Source: Planctomycetota bacterium | GTDB taxonomy: Bacteria > Planctomycetota > UBA8108 > UBA1146 | Direction of reading: 5' to 3' | Length of the DNA: 45,431 nt | Assembly (NCBI GenBank): GCA_036338595.1 | Contig: JAYZBV010000099.1 | Span: 1-45,431 of the forward strand | Shown here: in pieces, positions 26,512 through 36,211 of the stretch | How positions within the stretch are numbered: the stretch's first letter is position 1 | How the letters are laid out: each line of letters begins with the position of its first letter | The notes under the pieces: model-generated | Seen by the model: the letters and a program-made list of their open reading frames with translations, nothing else | What the model was told of the DNA's origin: nothing | The model's database searches: none | Made by a program: the position numbers and the translations under genes

Positions 26512-28812
26512 ATGATCCACTCGCCTCGAGTGCACACCCTGTTGCTGGCTGCTTCACTGCTATTGATCCCTGCTGCGGTCGTGACGGCAACGGCAGTTCC
26601 TCCACCGACAGACGATGCCATCGACCGGATCGTCGATCGCCATGCCGGGGGAACCCTGGATGAGATCTGGGCGGGAGCGGTGCTGCTCGAGCGCCTCGGA
26701 GATGACTCGATAGGCGGAGTCCAGGTGCTTCTCCAGCATGAGAATCGCGCGGTGCGCCTGATGGCCTCCAAGGCTTTGCTGTCGCTCGGTGAAGTCGAGG
26801 GTGTCCGCGACATCCTGATCGCCATCGGAGAGAACGGCGATGCTCCATCGCCGCAGAGAGCGGCAGCGATCACCCTCTTGAGCGACTTCCACGATTCAAA
26901 AACAGAGAGATCGTTGCGTAGCATCGCCGAGAGCGAGGCAAAAGGTGACGGCCTGTTGAGAGTGGCCGTCGGAAAGTGCCTCTACCATGTCACCCGAGAC
27001 CGTGCACTGGCTCGCGAGTTGCTACACCCACTGCTGGGGGTAGATGATGCAGATGCTCGTAATGGAGCAGCACTCGCTCTTGCCCAGCTGGGACTCTTCG
27101 ATGGCGAAGTGAAAGGGCTTTTGCGTAGCCTGGAACTGGAGCCGACTGCTCAGGGAGCGCTGGCCAAGGCACTGCTGGAACGGGATCGCTTGCTTCGCGC
27201 CTTCGAACGCGAGACCGATGCCAAGCCAGCCCCGGACAGCGAGCGCATTCAGGAAGCCGAGCAGGAGATTCTCAAGCTCGAGACGCTGATCGATCGCAAG
27301 GACAAGGAAATCGACCGGCTTCGCTCTCGCAGGGATCGCCCTGTCGCCACCAATCACCCACTGCTCGATGAGATCATGCGCCGCATCCGGCACTTCTATG
27401 TCGAGCCCGACCTGGTCAATGATGAACAACTGTTGATCGAGGCTGCCAAGGGCATGGTGGGTAGTCTGGACCCCTTCTCCTCCTTCATGGATGTCAAGGA
27501 CACCAAGGAGTTCTACGAGGGAATCAGTGGCGAGTATGCTGGCATCGGTGCACAGGTGCAGATTGATCCCGACACCGACACCCTCAAGATCGTTCGTCCC
27601 ATATACAAGGGACCTGCATACCGTGCCGGGATGCTGAGCGAGGACCTCATCATCGAGGTCGATGGAATTTCGACCAAGGGCAAGCCTCTCGACGAGATCG
27701 TCAAGGGTCTCAAGGGCAAACCAGGAACCCCGGTAGTGCTCGGAGTCTTCCGCAGAGGCTGGAGAGACTCCAGGGATTTCGAGATCACGCGTGAAACGAT
27801 TCAACTCGACTCGGTTCTCTACCAGATGCTCCCCGGAAATCTCGGATACGTCGGGCTGGCACAGTTTGGAGATACCGCGGTCAAGGAAGTGATCGCTGCC
27901 CTCGATGATCTAGAAGATCAGGGGATGCGCGGCTTGATCTTCGATCTTCGGAGTAACCCCGGTGGTTACCTGCAATCTGCAGTATCGCTCGTCGATGCGT
28001 TCGTCGACGACACCTCGATGCCCATCGTCTCCCAGAGATCTCAGAGTGGCGTATTCGAGGACTCCGAGAAGTTTGCCACCAAGGGCATGCGAGCGGACTA
28101 CCCGATGGTGGTGCTCGTCAATAGATCCAGCGCCAGCGCCTCCGAGATCGTCGCCGGCGCGCTACAGGACTTCGAACGCGCCAAACTGATCGGCGTCAAG
28201 ACCTATGGTAAGGGCAGTGTTCAGCGACTGCTGCCGATGGCAGACAGCGTCAATCGCCTGCTCGGGGGCGAGTCCACTCTCCGGCTCACGGTTCAGCACT
28301 ACTACCTTCCCAATGGAAGATCGATCCACACGCAACGCAATCAGGAAGGCAAGGTGATTGTCGAAGGTGGCATCGACCCGGATCTGGTGAAGGAACCGGA
28401 AGAAGTCGCGCTGTGGAGAATCGAAGCGCTCGGTCGCCTGGCCGACAACAAGGCGTTCGATCAGTGGATCGATGCCAACTACAGCGACAACAGGGAACTG
28501 GTCGATCAAATCGTCGAGGGTGGCGACAACAATGGGAAACTCGCCTACCCTGGCTTCGAGCCCTGGTTCGAGTTGCAGGCCGAGACAGGGGTGACCGAAG
28601 AAGACGCGCGTTTCGGGTTACGAAGAAAACTGCGTCGCATGGTCGAGGATGAGCGTGGAACACAGTTTGCCTGCGACTACGTCGAGGATAACCAGTTACA
28701 GGCTGCCATCATCGAACTCCTCGGCAGCCTCGGAACAGAGGTCTCGACGATCCCGCAATACAGCAACCTGGACACCGAGGAGTCGACGGAGAAGAAGGCC
28801 GAGAGCCTCTAG
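26512..28812 (+). CDS. S41 family C-terminal processing protease with N-terminal HEAT-like repeats and coiled coil
   Basis: Signal peptide; GMVGSLDPFS, PDZ GIGA...GPAYRAGM, DLRSNPGG, catalytic SASASEIVAGALQD and TYGKGSVQ, YYLPNGRSI, GIDPD, DNQLQAAI. Confidence 0.92.
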   Translation: MIHSPRVHTLLLAASLLLIPAAVVTATAVPPPTDDAIDRIVDRHAGGTLDEIWAGAVLLERLGDDSIGGVQVLLQHENRAVRLMASKALLSLGEVEGVRDILIAIGENGDAPSPQRAAAITLLSDFHDSKTERSLRSIAESEAKGDGLLRVAVGKCLYHVTRDRALARELLHPLLGVDDADARNGAALALAQLGLFDGEVKGLLRSLELEPTAQGALAKALLERDRLLRAFERETDAKPAPDSERIQEAEQEILKLETLIDRKDKEIDRLRSRRDRPVATNHPLLDEIMRRIRHFYVEPDLVNDEQLLIEAAKGMVGSLDPFSSFMDVKDTKEFYEGISGEYAGIGAQVQIDPDTDTLKIVRPIYKGPAYRAGMLSEDLIIEVDGISTKGKPLDEIVKGLKGKPGTPVVLGVFRRGWRDSRDFEITRETIQLDSVLYQMLPGNLGYVGLAQFGDTAVKEVIAALDDLEDQGMRGLIFDLRSNPGGYLQSAVSLVDAFVDDTSMPIVSQRSQSGVFEDSEKFATKGMRADYPMVVLVNRSSASASEIVAGALQDFERAKLIGVKTYGKGSVQRLLPMADSVNRLLGGESTLRLTVQHYYLPNGRSIHTQRNQEGKVIVEGGIDPDLVKEPEEVALWRIEALGRLADNKAFDQWIDANYSDNRELVDQIVEGGDNNGKLAYPGFEPWFELQAETGVTEEDARFGLRRKLRRMVEDERGTQFACDYVEDNQLQAAIIELLGSLGTEVSTIPQYSNLDTEESTEKKAESL

Positions 28813-28843
28813 CATCGACCCCAGCGACGGATTCACACCCAAA

Positions 28844-28883
28844 CAACAGGGGGAGTGGCGCGAAAGCGCCACTCCCCCTGTTG
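28844..28883. terminator. Probable bidirectional terminator between convergent genes
   Basis: Perfect 18-bp stem CAACAGGGGGAGTGGCGC / GCGCCACTCCCCCTGTTG with a GAAA loop; TGTTGTTT tail on the minus strand. Confidence 0.85.
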
Positions 28884-28913
28884 CCATCTCACTACCTCAC
28901 GAGGCCACCGACT

Positions 28914-29411
28914 CTAGTCCTCGACGTCAAACTTCTCGTGAGCACTCTTTTTCAATGCCGAGATCTTCTTGAGCACTTCTGAAGCTTCCTCGACCTTGCC
29001 GAGCAGCAGCGCCTTCTCGAATAGAATCCACTGTTCAAGAACCCCGATGAGGCGCTGACGAAACTCCAGTTCCAACGCAGCCCGCTCTTCCCCTTCGAGG
29101 CTGAAGGCTGCCGATGGGACAAGTTTCTTGGCCTCGATCACGGCAGCCTGCACCCGATTCACGGACTTCAGAGCTGTCGAGTGATCCTGCTTCCGCATGG
29201 CACGGCGCACCGCTCGGTCACCGCCCTTGACTGCGTCCATCACCTTTTCCAGTGCCTCGTGGGCTTCATGCGCCTCGTCCGTATCATCGGTGGGCTCGTC
29301 ATCGTCGGCGGCGACCGCCACCGGATTCAGACCACTGACCACCGGGATCGAACCGGAGAAGATCATCGCCAACATCAACACAATGGCTGTCGTCAAAAGA
29401 ACCTTGATCAT
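28914..29411 (-). CDS. Exported four-helix bundle protein, cytochrome b562-like
   Basis: Signal peptide, acidic linker, helix 1 LEKVM (candidate Met ligand), C-terminal LKKSAHEKF (candidate His ligand; compare b562 AYHQKY). No CxxCH. Confidence 0.6.
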   Translation of the reverse strand: MIKVLLTTAIVLMLAMIFSGSIPVVSGLNPVAVAADDDEPTDDTDEAHEAHEALEKVMDAVKGGDRAVRRAMRKQDHSTALKSVNRVQAAVIEAKKLVPSAAFSLEGEERAALELEFRQRLIGVLEQWILFEKALLLGKVEEASEVLKKISALKKSAHEKFDVED

Positions 29412-29464
29412 GCTATCGGATCATTTCCTTCTAGCGGGGCCATCGCTTGTGCCCCGAACCTGAG

Positions 29465-32400
29465 TTAGCTGTACTCGCTCCATGGCTTCACAAGCAATTC
29501 ATCCTCGTCACCGAGCGACCAGAGTGCATCGACGAAGAGGTTCGCTGCCTGGATGTTGGTCAACAGACTGATTCCATATTCCACGACCTTGCGTCGGATG
29601 AGATATCCGCTGGTCAGGTCTTTCCTTTCGAGACTGCGTGGCACATTGATCACAAAATCAATCAGGCCTTCCTCGATCGCCTCGATGACACCGGGAGACT
29701 TGTTGTCTAGCGGCTGATGTAACATCGTTGTCTGTATGTCATTCTGCTCAAGAAACAGATGAGTGTTGGGAGTTGCAAAGAGCGGTAGTCCGAGTTGCTC
29801 CAACTTTCTTGCGCTCTCGAGGAATGCCGCCTTGCTCTCGATCGTCCCGGTCGAGAGAAGCACACCCTTTTTTGGAAGATTGAATCCAACCGAAATCAGC
29901 GCCTTGAGATAGGCCTCCTCGACGTTATCTCCGAGACATGCGACCTCTCCGGTAGACGCCATCTCCACTCCCAGCAGTGGATCTGCGCCCTTGAGGCGTG
30001 AGAAGGAGAACTGCGGCGCCTTGACCCCGACGAAATCGAATTCGAAGGCGGATTTAGAGGGGCAATCGACCTGCTCACCGAGCATCGCGCGGATGGCATA
30101 GTCGATGAAGTTTTCCTTGAGAATCTTCGAGACGAAGGGAAACGAGCGAGACGCCCTGAGATTGCACTCGATCACCTTGATGTGGTTATCTCGGGCGATG
30201 AACTGGATGTTGAATGGCCCCGTGATGGAGAGTGCCTCTGCTATCGAGCGGGCGATCCGCTTGATGCGTCTTGTCGTCTCCAGGTAGAGGCGTTGCGAGG
30301 GAAACACCATCGTCGCATCGCCGGAATGAACGCCAGCATTCTCTACATGCTCACTGATGGCATAGCAGATGACCTTGCCACCTTGCGCCACCCCATCCAG
30401 TTCTATCTCCTTGGCTCCGGCGATGAACTTGGAAACCACTACCGGATGTTCACGCGACACATCCGCAGCAACCTTCAGGTAGTGGTCTATCTCTTCATCC
30501 GAGTGAGCAACACTCATCGCGGCCCCACTGAGTACATAGGAAGGTCGAATCAATACCGGGTAACCACATCGAGCAGAGAAGGATCGAGCATCCTCGATGC
30601 TGGTCAACTCGCGCCACTCCGGCTGGTCGATCTTCAGATCATCCAACAGGGTCGAGAAACGCTCCCGGTTTTCCGCTCGATCGATACTGTCGACTTCGGT
30701 GCCGAGAATCTTGACGCCGCGGCTTCCCAGCGGAACCGCCAGTTGATTCGGGATCTGCCCTCCGACGCTGATCACGACTCCCTGCGAGCGCTCCAGTTCG
30801 ACGATATCGAGAACCCTTTCGAGGGTCAGTTCTTCGAAGTAGAGCCGATCACAAGAATCGTAATCGGTCGAAACGGTTTCTGGATTGTAATTGATCATGA
30901 CCGTGCGATGACCTGCACGCGCCAGTGCATCGACAGCATTGACGGCACACCAATCGAACTCGACCGATGAACCGATGCGGTATGCACCTCCCCCCAGCAC
31001 CACATAGGGAGCCGGAGATTTCGGTTCGACATCGTTCTCGGTTCCGTTGTAGGTCATGTAGAGGAAGTTGGTCTGGGCTGGATACTCCGCTGCCAGCGTG
31101 TCGATCTGCTTGACGACAGGCCGAATGCCGACCGATTCTCGATGATCTCTGACAGCCAGAGCAGCCCCATAACCGGGCTGGATCGGCTCTGCTCTCCTGA
31201 TCGAACGAGAGATCTGGTTGTCGCTGAAGCCCAGCTCCTTCGCCAGGCGAAGCAGTCCGGTCGGTAGATCATCGAGTGAGTACTCCTGAATCTCCTGCTG
31301 ACAGTCGACCACCTCGCGGACCCGCTCCAGGAACCAGGGCGTGATCATCGTCAACTGGTGGACACGCTCGACCGACCAGCCACGCTTGAAGGCCTCTCCG
31401 ATGGCGAATATTCGCTCCTCGGTGGGCACCTTGAGCAGTTGCTGCAGGTCGTCCTCCTCGAAATGGTCTCTGGACGAGACAAGACCATGGGCACCCACCC
31501 CCAGCATTCGACACGCCTTCTGGATCGCTTCCTCGAATCTGCGACCGATCGACATCACCTCACCGACACTCTTCATCTCACTGCCGAGACTGGTCGATAC
31601 ACGGCGAAACTTCTTCAGATCCCAGCGAGGCATCTTGATGACGCAGTAATCGAGCGCAGGTTCGAAACAGGAGGCCGTCACCTTTGTGATGGAATTCGGA
31701 ACATCGACGAGGCAATGACCCAGCGCCAACTTTGCGGCAACAAACGCGAGCGGGTAGCCGGTTGCCTTCGAGGCGAGAGCAGATGAACGCGAGAGGCGAG
31801 CATTGACCTCGATGATCCGGTACTCATCGCTGGCAGGGTGCAGTGCAAACTGAACATTGCACTCCCCGATCACACCGAGATGTCGGATCAACTGGATCGA
31901 GATCGAGCGCAAGCGGTGGTAGTCGTGATCGCTGAGAGTTTGCGAGGGTGCAACCACGATGCTCTCGCCGGTGTGGATGCCAAGAGCATCCATGTTCTCC
32001 ATGTTGCAGACCGTGATGCAATTGTCCTGAGCATCGCGGACCACCTCGTATTCGATCTCTTTCCACCCCTCCAGATACTCCTCGACGAGGATCTGCGGGG
32101 CATTGGCGAAAGCACTGTTGGCCATCTCGGTCAGTTCGGCGGCATCGCGGGCGATGCCTGACCCCTTGCCGCCCAGGGCAAAAGCAGCACGAACCATCAC
32201 CGGATAATTGATCTCCTGCGCAGCCTCGAGGGAACTCTGTAGATCCTCGCATGCGCGGCTGCGCGGGGTATCGAGATCGATCGATCGCAACACCTCTGCA
32301 AACAGGTGCCGGTCCTCGGTGGTCCGGATCGTCTCGAGCGGAGTGCCGAGTACACGAACCTCATGCTTCTCGAGAACTCCCAGCTTCTCCAGTTCGATGC

Positions 32401-32749
32401 CACAGTTGAGTGCAGTTTGGCCGCCGAAGGAGAGCAGCAAGCCATCTGGTTTTTCACGCTCGATGACTCGCTCGACGAAATGGGCGTTGACCGGCAGGAA
32501 GTAGACCTCGTCTGCGAGACCCTCGCTGGTCTGGATGGTGGCGATGTTGGGATTGACCAGGATCGTTTCGATCCCCTCCTCACGCAGCGCCTTGATCGCC
32601 TGCGATCCGGAGTAATCGAACTCCCCCGCTTCCCCGATCTTGAGCGCTCCACTGCCCAGGATCAGCACCTTGCGCGGCAGTGAAACGGAGTGGCCGACGG
32701 TCGATCCCTGGCCAACTCTCTGTGGTGGATCACCGGCAGGGGCGCTCAT
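29465..32749 (-). CDS. carB: Carbamoyl-phosphate synthase large subunit
   Basis: GEFDYSGSQAIKAL, GGQTALN, GWKEIEYEVVRD, GIHTGESIVVAP, EVNARLSRSSALASKATGYP, YRIGSSVEFDW, NPETVSTDYD, RPSYVLSG, HSGDA, MGS domain. Exact start uncertain. Confidence 0.98.
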   Translation of the reverse strand: MSAPAGDPPQRVGQGSTVGHSVSLPRKVLILGSGALKIGEAGEFDYSGSQAIKALREEGIETILVNPNIATIQTSEGLADEVYFLPVNAHFVERVIEREKPDGLLLSFGGQTALNCGIELEKLGVLEKHEVRVLGTPLETIRTTEDRHLFAEVLRSIDLDTPRSRACEDLQSSLEAAQEINYPVMVRAAFALGGKGSGIARDAAELTEMANSAFANAPQILVEEYLEGWKEIEYEVVRDAQDNCITVCNMENMDALGIHTGESIVVAPSQTLSDHDYHRLRSISIQLIRHLGVIGECNVQFALHPASDEYRIIEVNARLSRSSALASKATGYPLAFVAAKLALGHCLVDVPNSITKVTASCFEPALDYCVIKMPRWDLKKFRRVSTSLGSEMKSVGEVMSIGRRFEEAIQKACRMLGVGAHGLVSSRDHFEEDDLQQLLKVPTEERIFAIGEAFKRGWSVERVHQLTMITPWFLERVREVVDCQQEIQEYSLDDLPTGLLRLAKELGFSDNQISRSIRRAEPIQPGYGAALAVRDHRESVGIRPVVKQIDTLAAEYPAQTNFLYMTYNGTENDVEPKSPAPYVVLGGGAYRIGSSVEFDWCAVNAVDALARAGHRTVMINYNPETVSTDYDSCDRLYFEELTLERVLDIVELERSQGVVISVGGQIPNQLAVPLGSRGVKILGTEVDSIDRAENRERFSTLLDDLKIDQPEWRELTSIEDARSFSARCGYPVLIRPSYVLSGAAMSVAHSDEEIDHYLKVAADVSREHPVVVSKFIAGAKEIELDGVAQGGKVICYAISEHVENAGVHSGDATMVFPSQRLYLETTRRIKRIARSIAEALSITGPFNIQFIARDNHIKVIECNLRASRSFPFVSKILKENFIDYAIRAMLGEQVDCPSKSAFEFDFVGVKAPQFSFSRLKGADPLLGVEMASTGEVACLGDNVEEAYLKALISVGFNLPKKGVLLSTGTIESKAAFLESARKLEQLGLPLFATPNTHLFLEQNDIQTTMLHQPLDNKSPGVIEAIEEGLIDFVINVPRSLERKDLTSGYLIRRKVVEYGISLLTNIQAANLFVDALWSLGDEDELLVKPWSEYS

Positions 32750-33900
32750 CGGGCCACCTCCAGCAGGCGATCGAACAGTTCCGCAGCATCGAGCGGCCCG
32801 GGATTGGCTTCAGGGTGAAACTGGACCGAGAAAAACGGCTTCTCCAGGTGCCGAATGCCCTCGTTGGATCCGTCGTTGGCATTGACGAACCACTGCGCCC
32901 AGCCCTCTGGCACGCGAGTGCCATCGACAGCGTATCCATGGTTCTGGCTCGTCACCCAGCAGCGAGAAGTTCCGACCTCGATACAGGGCTGATTCTGACC
33001 CCGGTGACCGAAGTCCAGCTTGTAGGTGTCGAAACCCGCGGCCAGCGCCAGCAATTGATTGCCGAGACAGATTCCCATCAGGGGTCGGTCGCCCTCGAGG
33101 GCGCGCCGAACATTTTCAATCGTCTGCCTGGCCATCTTGGGATCACCTGGCCCGTTGGAGAGCAATACCGCGTCTCCACTCTCGGAGACGAAGTCGTGAT
33201 CCCATGGCACTTGCAATACATCCGCTCCACGGCCGAGCAAACTGCGAGCGATGCTCGTCTTGGCGCCGCAATCGACCAGGATCACCCGAGGTGCATCATC
33301 GATGCCGCAGCGATGTAACACCGGCTGTGAGCAACTGACCTCGGCGACCACGTTTCTCTGGCCAGGATCCTGGTAGGGAGAGTTCGCTACATCCTCACGA
33401 TCAGGACTTCCATCGATCAGAAGCCGACCCTTGAGGGTTCCGGAGTTTCGCAATCTTCTCGTCAGCGCACGAACATCGACCCCTGTGATCCCGGGAACGC
33501 CCTCCTCGGTGAGCCACTGATCCAGGGATCTTTCTGCGTTCCAGTGGCTGTAGTCCCTGGAGAGGTTCTGGATCACCAGCGCTTGCGCCTGGATCTTCGC
33601 CGATTCAAATCCAGCACAGAGTGGATCGTCATCGTCACGGCGGGGAACCCCGTAATTTCCGACCAGTGGATAGGTGAGTGTCATCAATTGACCGCAATAG
33701 GAGGGATCCGTGAGCGACTCCGGGTAGCCGACCATTCCGGTGGCGAAGACCACCTCGCCGGAAACAGATCGGAGGGCACCAAACGCCTTGCCCTCGAAGC
33801 AGCTGCCGTCTTCCAGTTCGAGCCGAGCTGGACGATAGGATGCAAATCCGCCCGAAGCAGATCTCTCATGCTGCTTGGCCTGTGCCGGACTCGAGCCCAT
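32746..33900 (-). CDS. carA: Carbamoyl-phosphate synthase small (glutaminase) subunit
   Basis: GEVVFATGMVGYPESLTDPSY, LSNGPGDP, GICLGNQ (catalytic Cys), GHRGQNQP, SQNHGYAV, SVQFHPEA. Start between 33900 and 33915. Confidence 0.97.
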   Translation of the reverse strand: MGSSPAQAKQHERSASGGFASYRPARLELEDGSCFEGKAFGALRSVSGEVVFATGMVGYPESLTDPSYCGQLMTLTYPLVGNYGVPRRDDDDPLCAGFESAKIQAQALVIQNLSRDYSHWNAERSLDQWLTEEGVPGITGVDVRALTRRLRNSGTLKGRLLIDGSPDREDVANSPYQDPGQRNVVAEVSCSQPVLHRCGIDDAPRVILVDCGAKTSIARSLLGRGADVLQVPWDHDFVSESGDAVLLSNGPGDPKMARQTIENVRRALEGDRPLMGICLGNQLLALAAGFDTYKLDFGHRGQNQPCIEVGTSRCWVTSQNHGYAVDGTRVPEGWAQWFVNANDGSNEGIRHLEKPFFSVQFHPEANPGPLDAAELFDRLLEVAR

Positions 33901-34094
33901 TGTGGGATCTCCCAAGAGACTGCCTTTCGCCCTGCAGATGCTAGATGGCCGCGATCATGCCCCCATGGCACCGCATACGACCCGTCGGGTGCCGATGGAA
34001 CTTCGCAGGGAACCTCCTCGGGGATCGCTCGCAGTTCCTGAGGGTAAGATTTTAGAGGTCGATCCGGCGATAATAAAGCGACCTCACCAAGAAC

Positions 34095-34868
34095 TCAGCA
34101 TTTCCATCCGAGCAGTAATCCGCCCCGCCCGGTGCGCCCCCGATCGCGTCGATAACTGAACAGGTCGCCATCGGCGGCGGTGCAGCGAGGATCCACAGCG
34201 ATCCGAGGCTGTGAAATGCCCGCCTCGATCAGCTGGTTTCGCAGTATCTGGCGAAGATCGACCCCCTGCCCGCAGCGGACCGAAGCCGCTCCAGTGAGCC
34301 CATCGAGCGCCTCGTGCACCTCTGGACCGACCGGATAATTCGCTGCCGAGATCGCCGGCGAGATCATCGCCACCGCCTCGGGTCCCGGATCGAGCCGCTC
34401 CAGTAACTGCCCCAGCGCCCCCGCAACGATCCCTCGCCAGCCGCAATGGGCCACCCCCGAGAGCTTCGAGCGAGGATCTGCGATCGCCACCAGCGGGCAG
34501 TCTGCCGCCAGTGCCAGGGCGAATACTTGCGATTCCGAGAGGATCACCACGTCCCGATCCGGCAGCAGAGTCGACGGCTCACGGGCACCTTCGCCTCGAT
34601 GCTGCAGACCGACCACCGCCGCGGTGCTGCCATGAACCTGACCTGCCACGACCAGATCGTCGAGGGTCAGACCGGCTGCTTCAGTAAATCTTCGGCGATT
34701 CTCTCGCACTGCATCGGCATCGTCTCCCGTCGAAAAACCCAGATTGAGAGAGGAATAGGGTCCGCCACTGACACCACCCCAGCGATCACCGAAGCAGCAC
34801 ACCAACCCATCGAGTAGACCTGAGGGCCTCAGCGAGCTGGCCAGATCTACCAGCCGGACCGACTTCAA
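34095..34868 (-). CDS. pgeF: YfiH/PgeF family (laccase-domain / purine nucleoside phosphorylase-like) protein
   Basis: R.GGVS..PYSSLNLG...GD....V.ENR, QVHG, ADCPLV, AHCGWRG, SPAIS, RCT....LFSYRR..GR. Confidence 0.92.
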   Translation of the reverse strand: MKSVRLVDLASSLRPSGLLDGLVCCFGDRWGGVSGGPYSSLNLGFSTGDDADAVRENRRRFTEAAGLTLDDLVVAGQVHGSTAAVVGLQHRGEGAREPSTLLPDRDVVILSESQVFALALAADCPLVAIADPRSKLSGVAHCGWRGIVAGALGQLLERLDPGPEAVAMISPAISAANYPVGPEVHEALDGLTGAASVRCGQGVDLRQILRNQLIEAGISQPRIAVDPRCTAADGDLFSYRRDRGRTGRGGLLLGWKC

Positions 34869-36211
34869 GGAGCCGCGGTATCTGGTGGCGGGGGCTCTGC
34901 GAGCCCCTCTTCCTTCAGCACCGGCACCAGGAACTCTCGGGCGAGCGTCATGGCGATTGCAGCCATCGGTACCGACAGCAGCATTCCGATGACTCCGAAC
35001 CAGCGCGCAAAGATGAGGAAGGTGACGATGACGGTGACCGGATGCAGACCGACCTCGTCACCGAGAAATCTTGGAATCAGTACGAAGCCCTCGACCGCTT
35101 CCATCAGACCAAAGACTCCAACTGTCGCCATCAACAGCACCAGATCATGATTTTCGAACCAGCACATTCCCAGTGCGGGAATCGCCGCGAGCCACACTCC
35201 GAGATACGGGATCAGCGACAAGAACCCGGCAGCAAAACCGACCAGAAAACCGTAGGGCACTCCCGTCAACTGGAGCCCGATTCCCGTCAGCACGCCCTTG
35301 ACGATGCACACCAGCAGTCGACCTCGGAAGAAGGCGGACAGGATCTGGTGCATCTCCCCCGCTAACCTCTCGACGCGCGAGCGCGAAGCGGCAGGAATCC
35401 AACGCCTGGCTCTCGCCAGCATCGGGTCGATCTCGAGCAAGAAGAAGAACACATACACCGGCACCAGCAGCACCCAGCTTCCGAGTGCCATCAGATGATC
35501 TATCGGACCTTGCTTGTTCTCATCGGGCTGCTCCGATCCGATGCGCTCTATCGCATCGGCGAGCCCCTGACCATCCCACGGCTCCTGGGAGTTCTCCCCA
35601 TCGCCACTGGGTCCAAGCCACGCCTCGATGATGCGACCTGCGGTGGCGTCGAGACCCGACTCCACCCTCCTGGCGAGGGCCTCCTGGGGATCTTCGTCCT
35701 CGTCACCGCCATATCGTCTGGAGATGCGATCCTTCCAGCGCTGGAAGCCGATCGCCGCACCTGGAAGGTCCCGATCTAGGTATTGCTGAGCCTCTCGTAG
35801 CCAGCCCGGATCGTAGACCTGATCCCCATCCCGGTCGATGAACCAGCTGCCGTCGCTGGCATCCTGTATCGCCAGCGGATGCTGAGAGACCTGCTCCGCC
35901 ACGATGGGCGTATCCCCGGCGAGACGGCGGGCGAGGGTCGCACCGCCGCGAGCGACCGCCACGGTCCCCGCCAGCATGGCAGTGAGCAACACCACCGAAG
36001 CGAGCAGGAAGATCAGTACCACGGCGGGGAGCCTTCGCATGCCACGACTCTCGAGCCAGTCGGCGAGAGGGTCGAGGATGTAGGCGATGAAGAGTCCAGC
36101 CAGGAGCGGCGCAAAGATGGAACGAAGCGATACCAGCGCTGCGACGGCCGCCGCCGCAACCACTGTAAGTAGCAGAATCCTCAGGAAGCGCTGCGATACG
36201 ATGCGGTCCAC
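34865..36211 (-). CDS. AI-2E (PerM) family transporter with large soluble insertion
   Basis: PLLAGLFIAYILDPLADWLE, FFFLLE, AFFRGRL, LIPYLG, EGFVLIPRFLG..VGLHP, GVIGMLLSVP. GTG start after AAGGA. Confidence 0.9.
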   Translation of the reverse strand: MDRIVSQRFLRILLLTVVAAAAVAALVSLRSIFAPLLAGLFIAYILDPLADWLESRGMRRLPAVVLIFLLASVVLLTAMLAGTVAVARGGATLARRLAGDTPIVAEQVSQHPLAIQDASDGSWFIDRDGDQVYDPGWLREAQQYLDRDLPGAAIGFQRWKDRISRRYGGDEDEDPQEALARRVESGLDATAGRIIEAWLGPSGDGENSQEPWDGQGLADAIERIGSEQPDENKQGPIDHLMALGSWVLLVPVYVFFFLLEIDPMLARARRWIPAASRSRVERLAGEMHQILSAFFRGRLLVCIVKGVLTGIGLQLTGVPYGFLVGFAAGFLSLIPYLGVWLAAIPALGMCWFENHDLVLLMATVGVFGLMEAVEGFVLIPRFLGDEVGLHPVTVIVTFLIFARWFGVIGMLLSVPMAAIAMTLAREFLVPVLKEEGLAEPPPPDTAAP

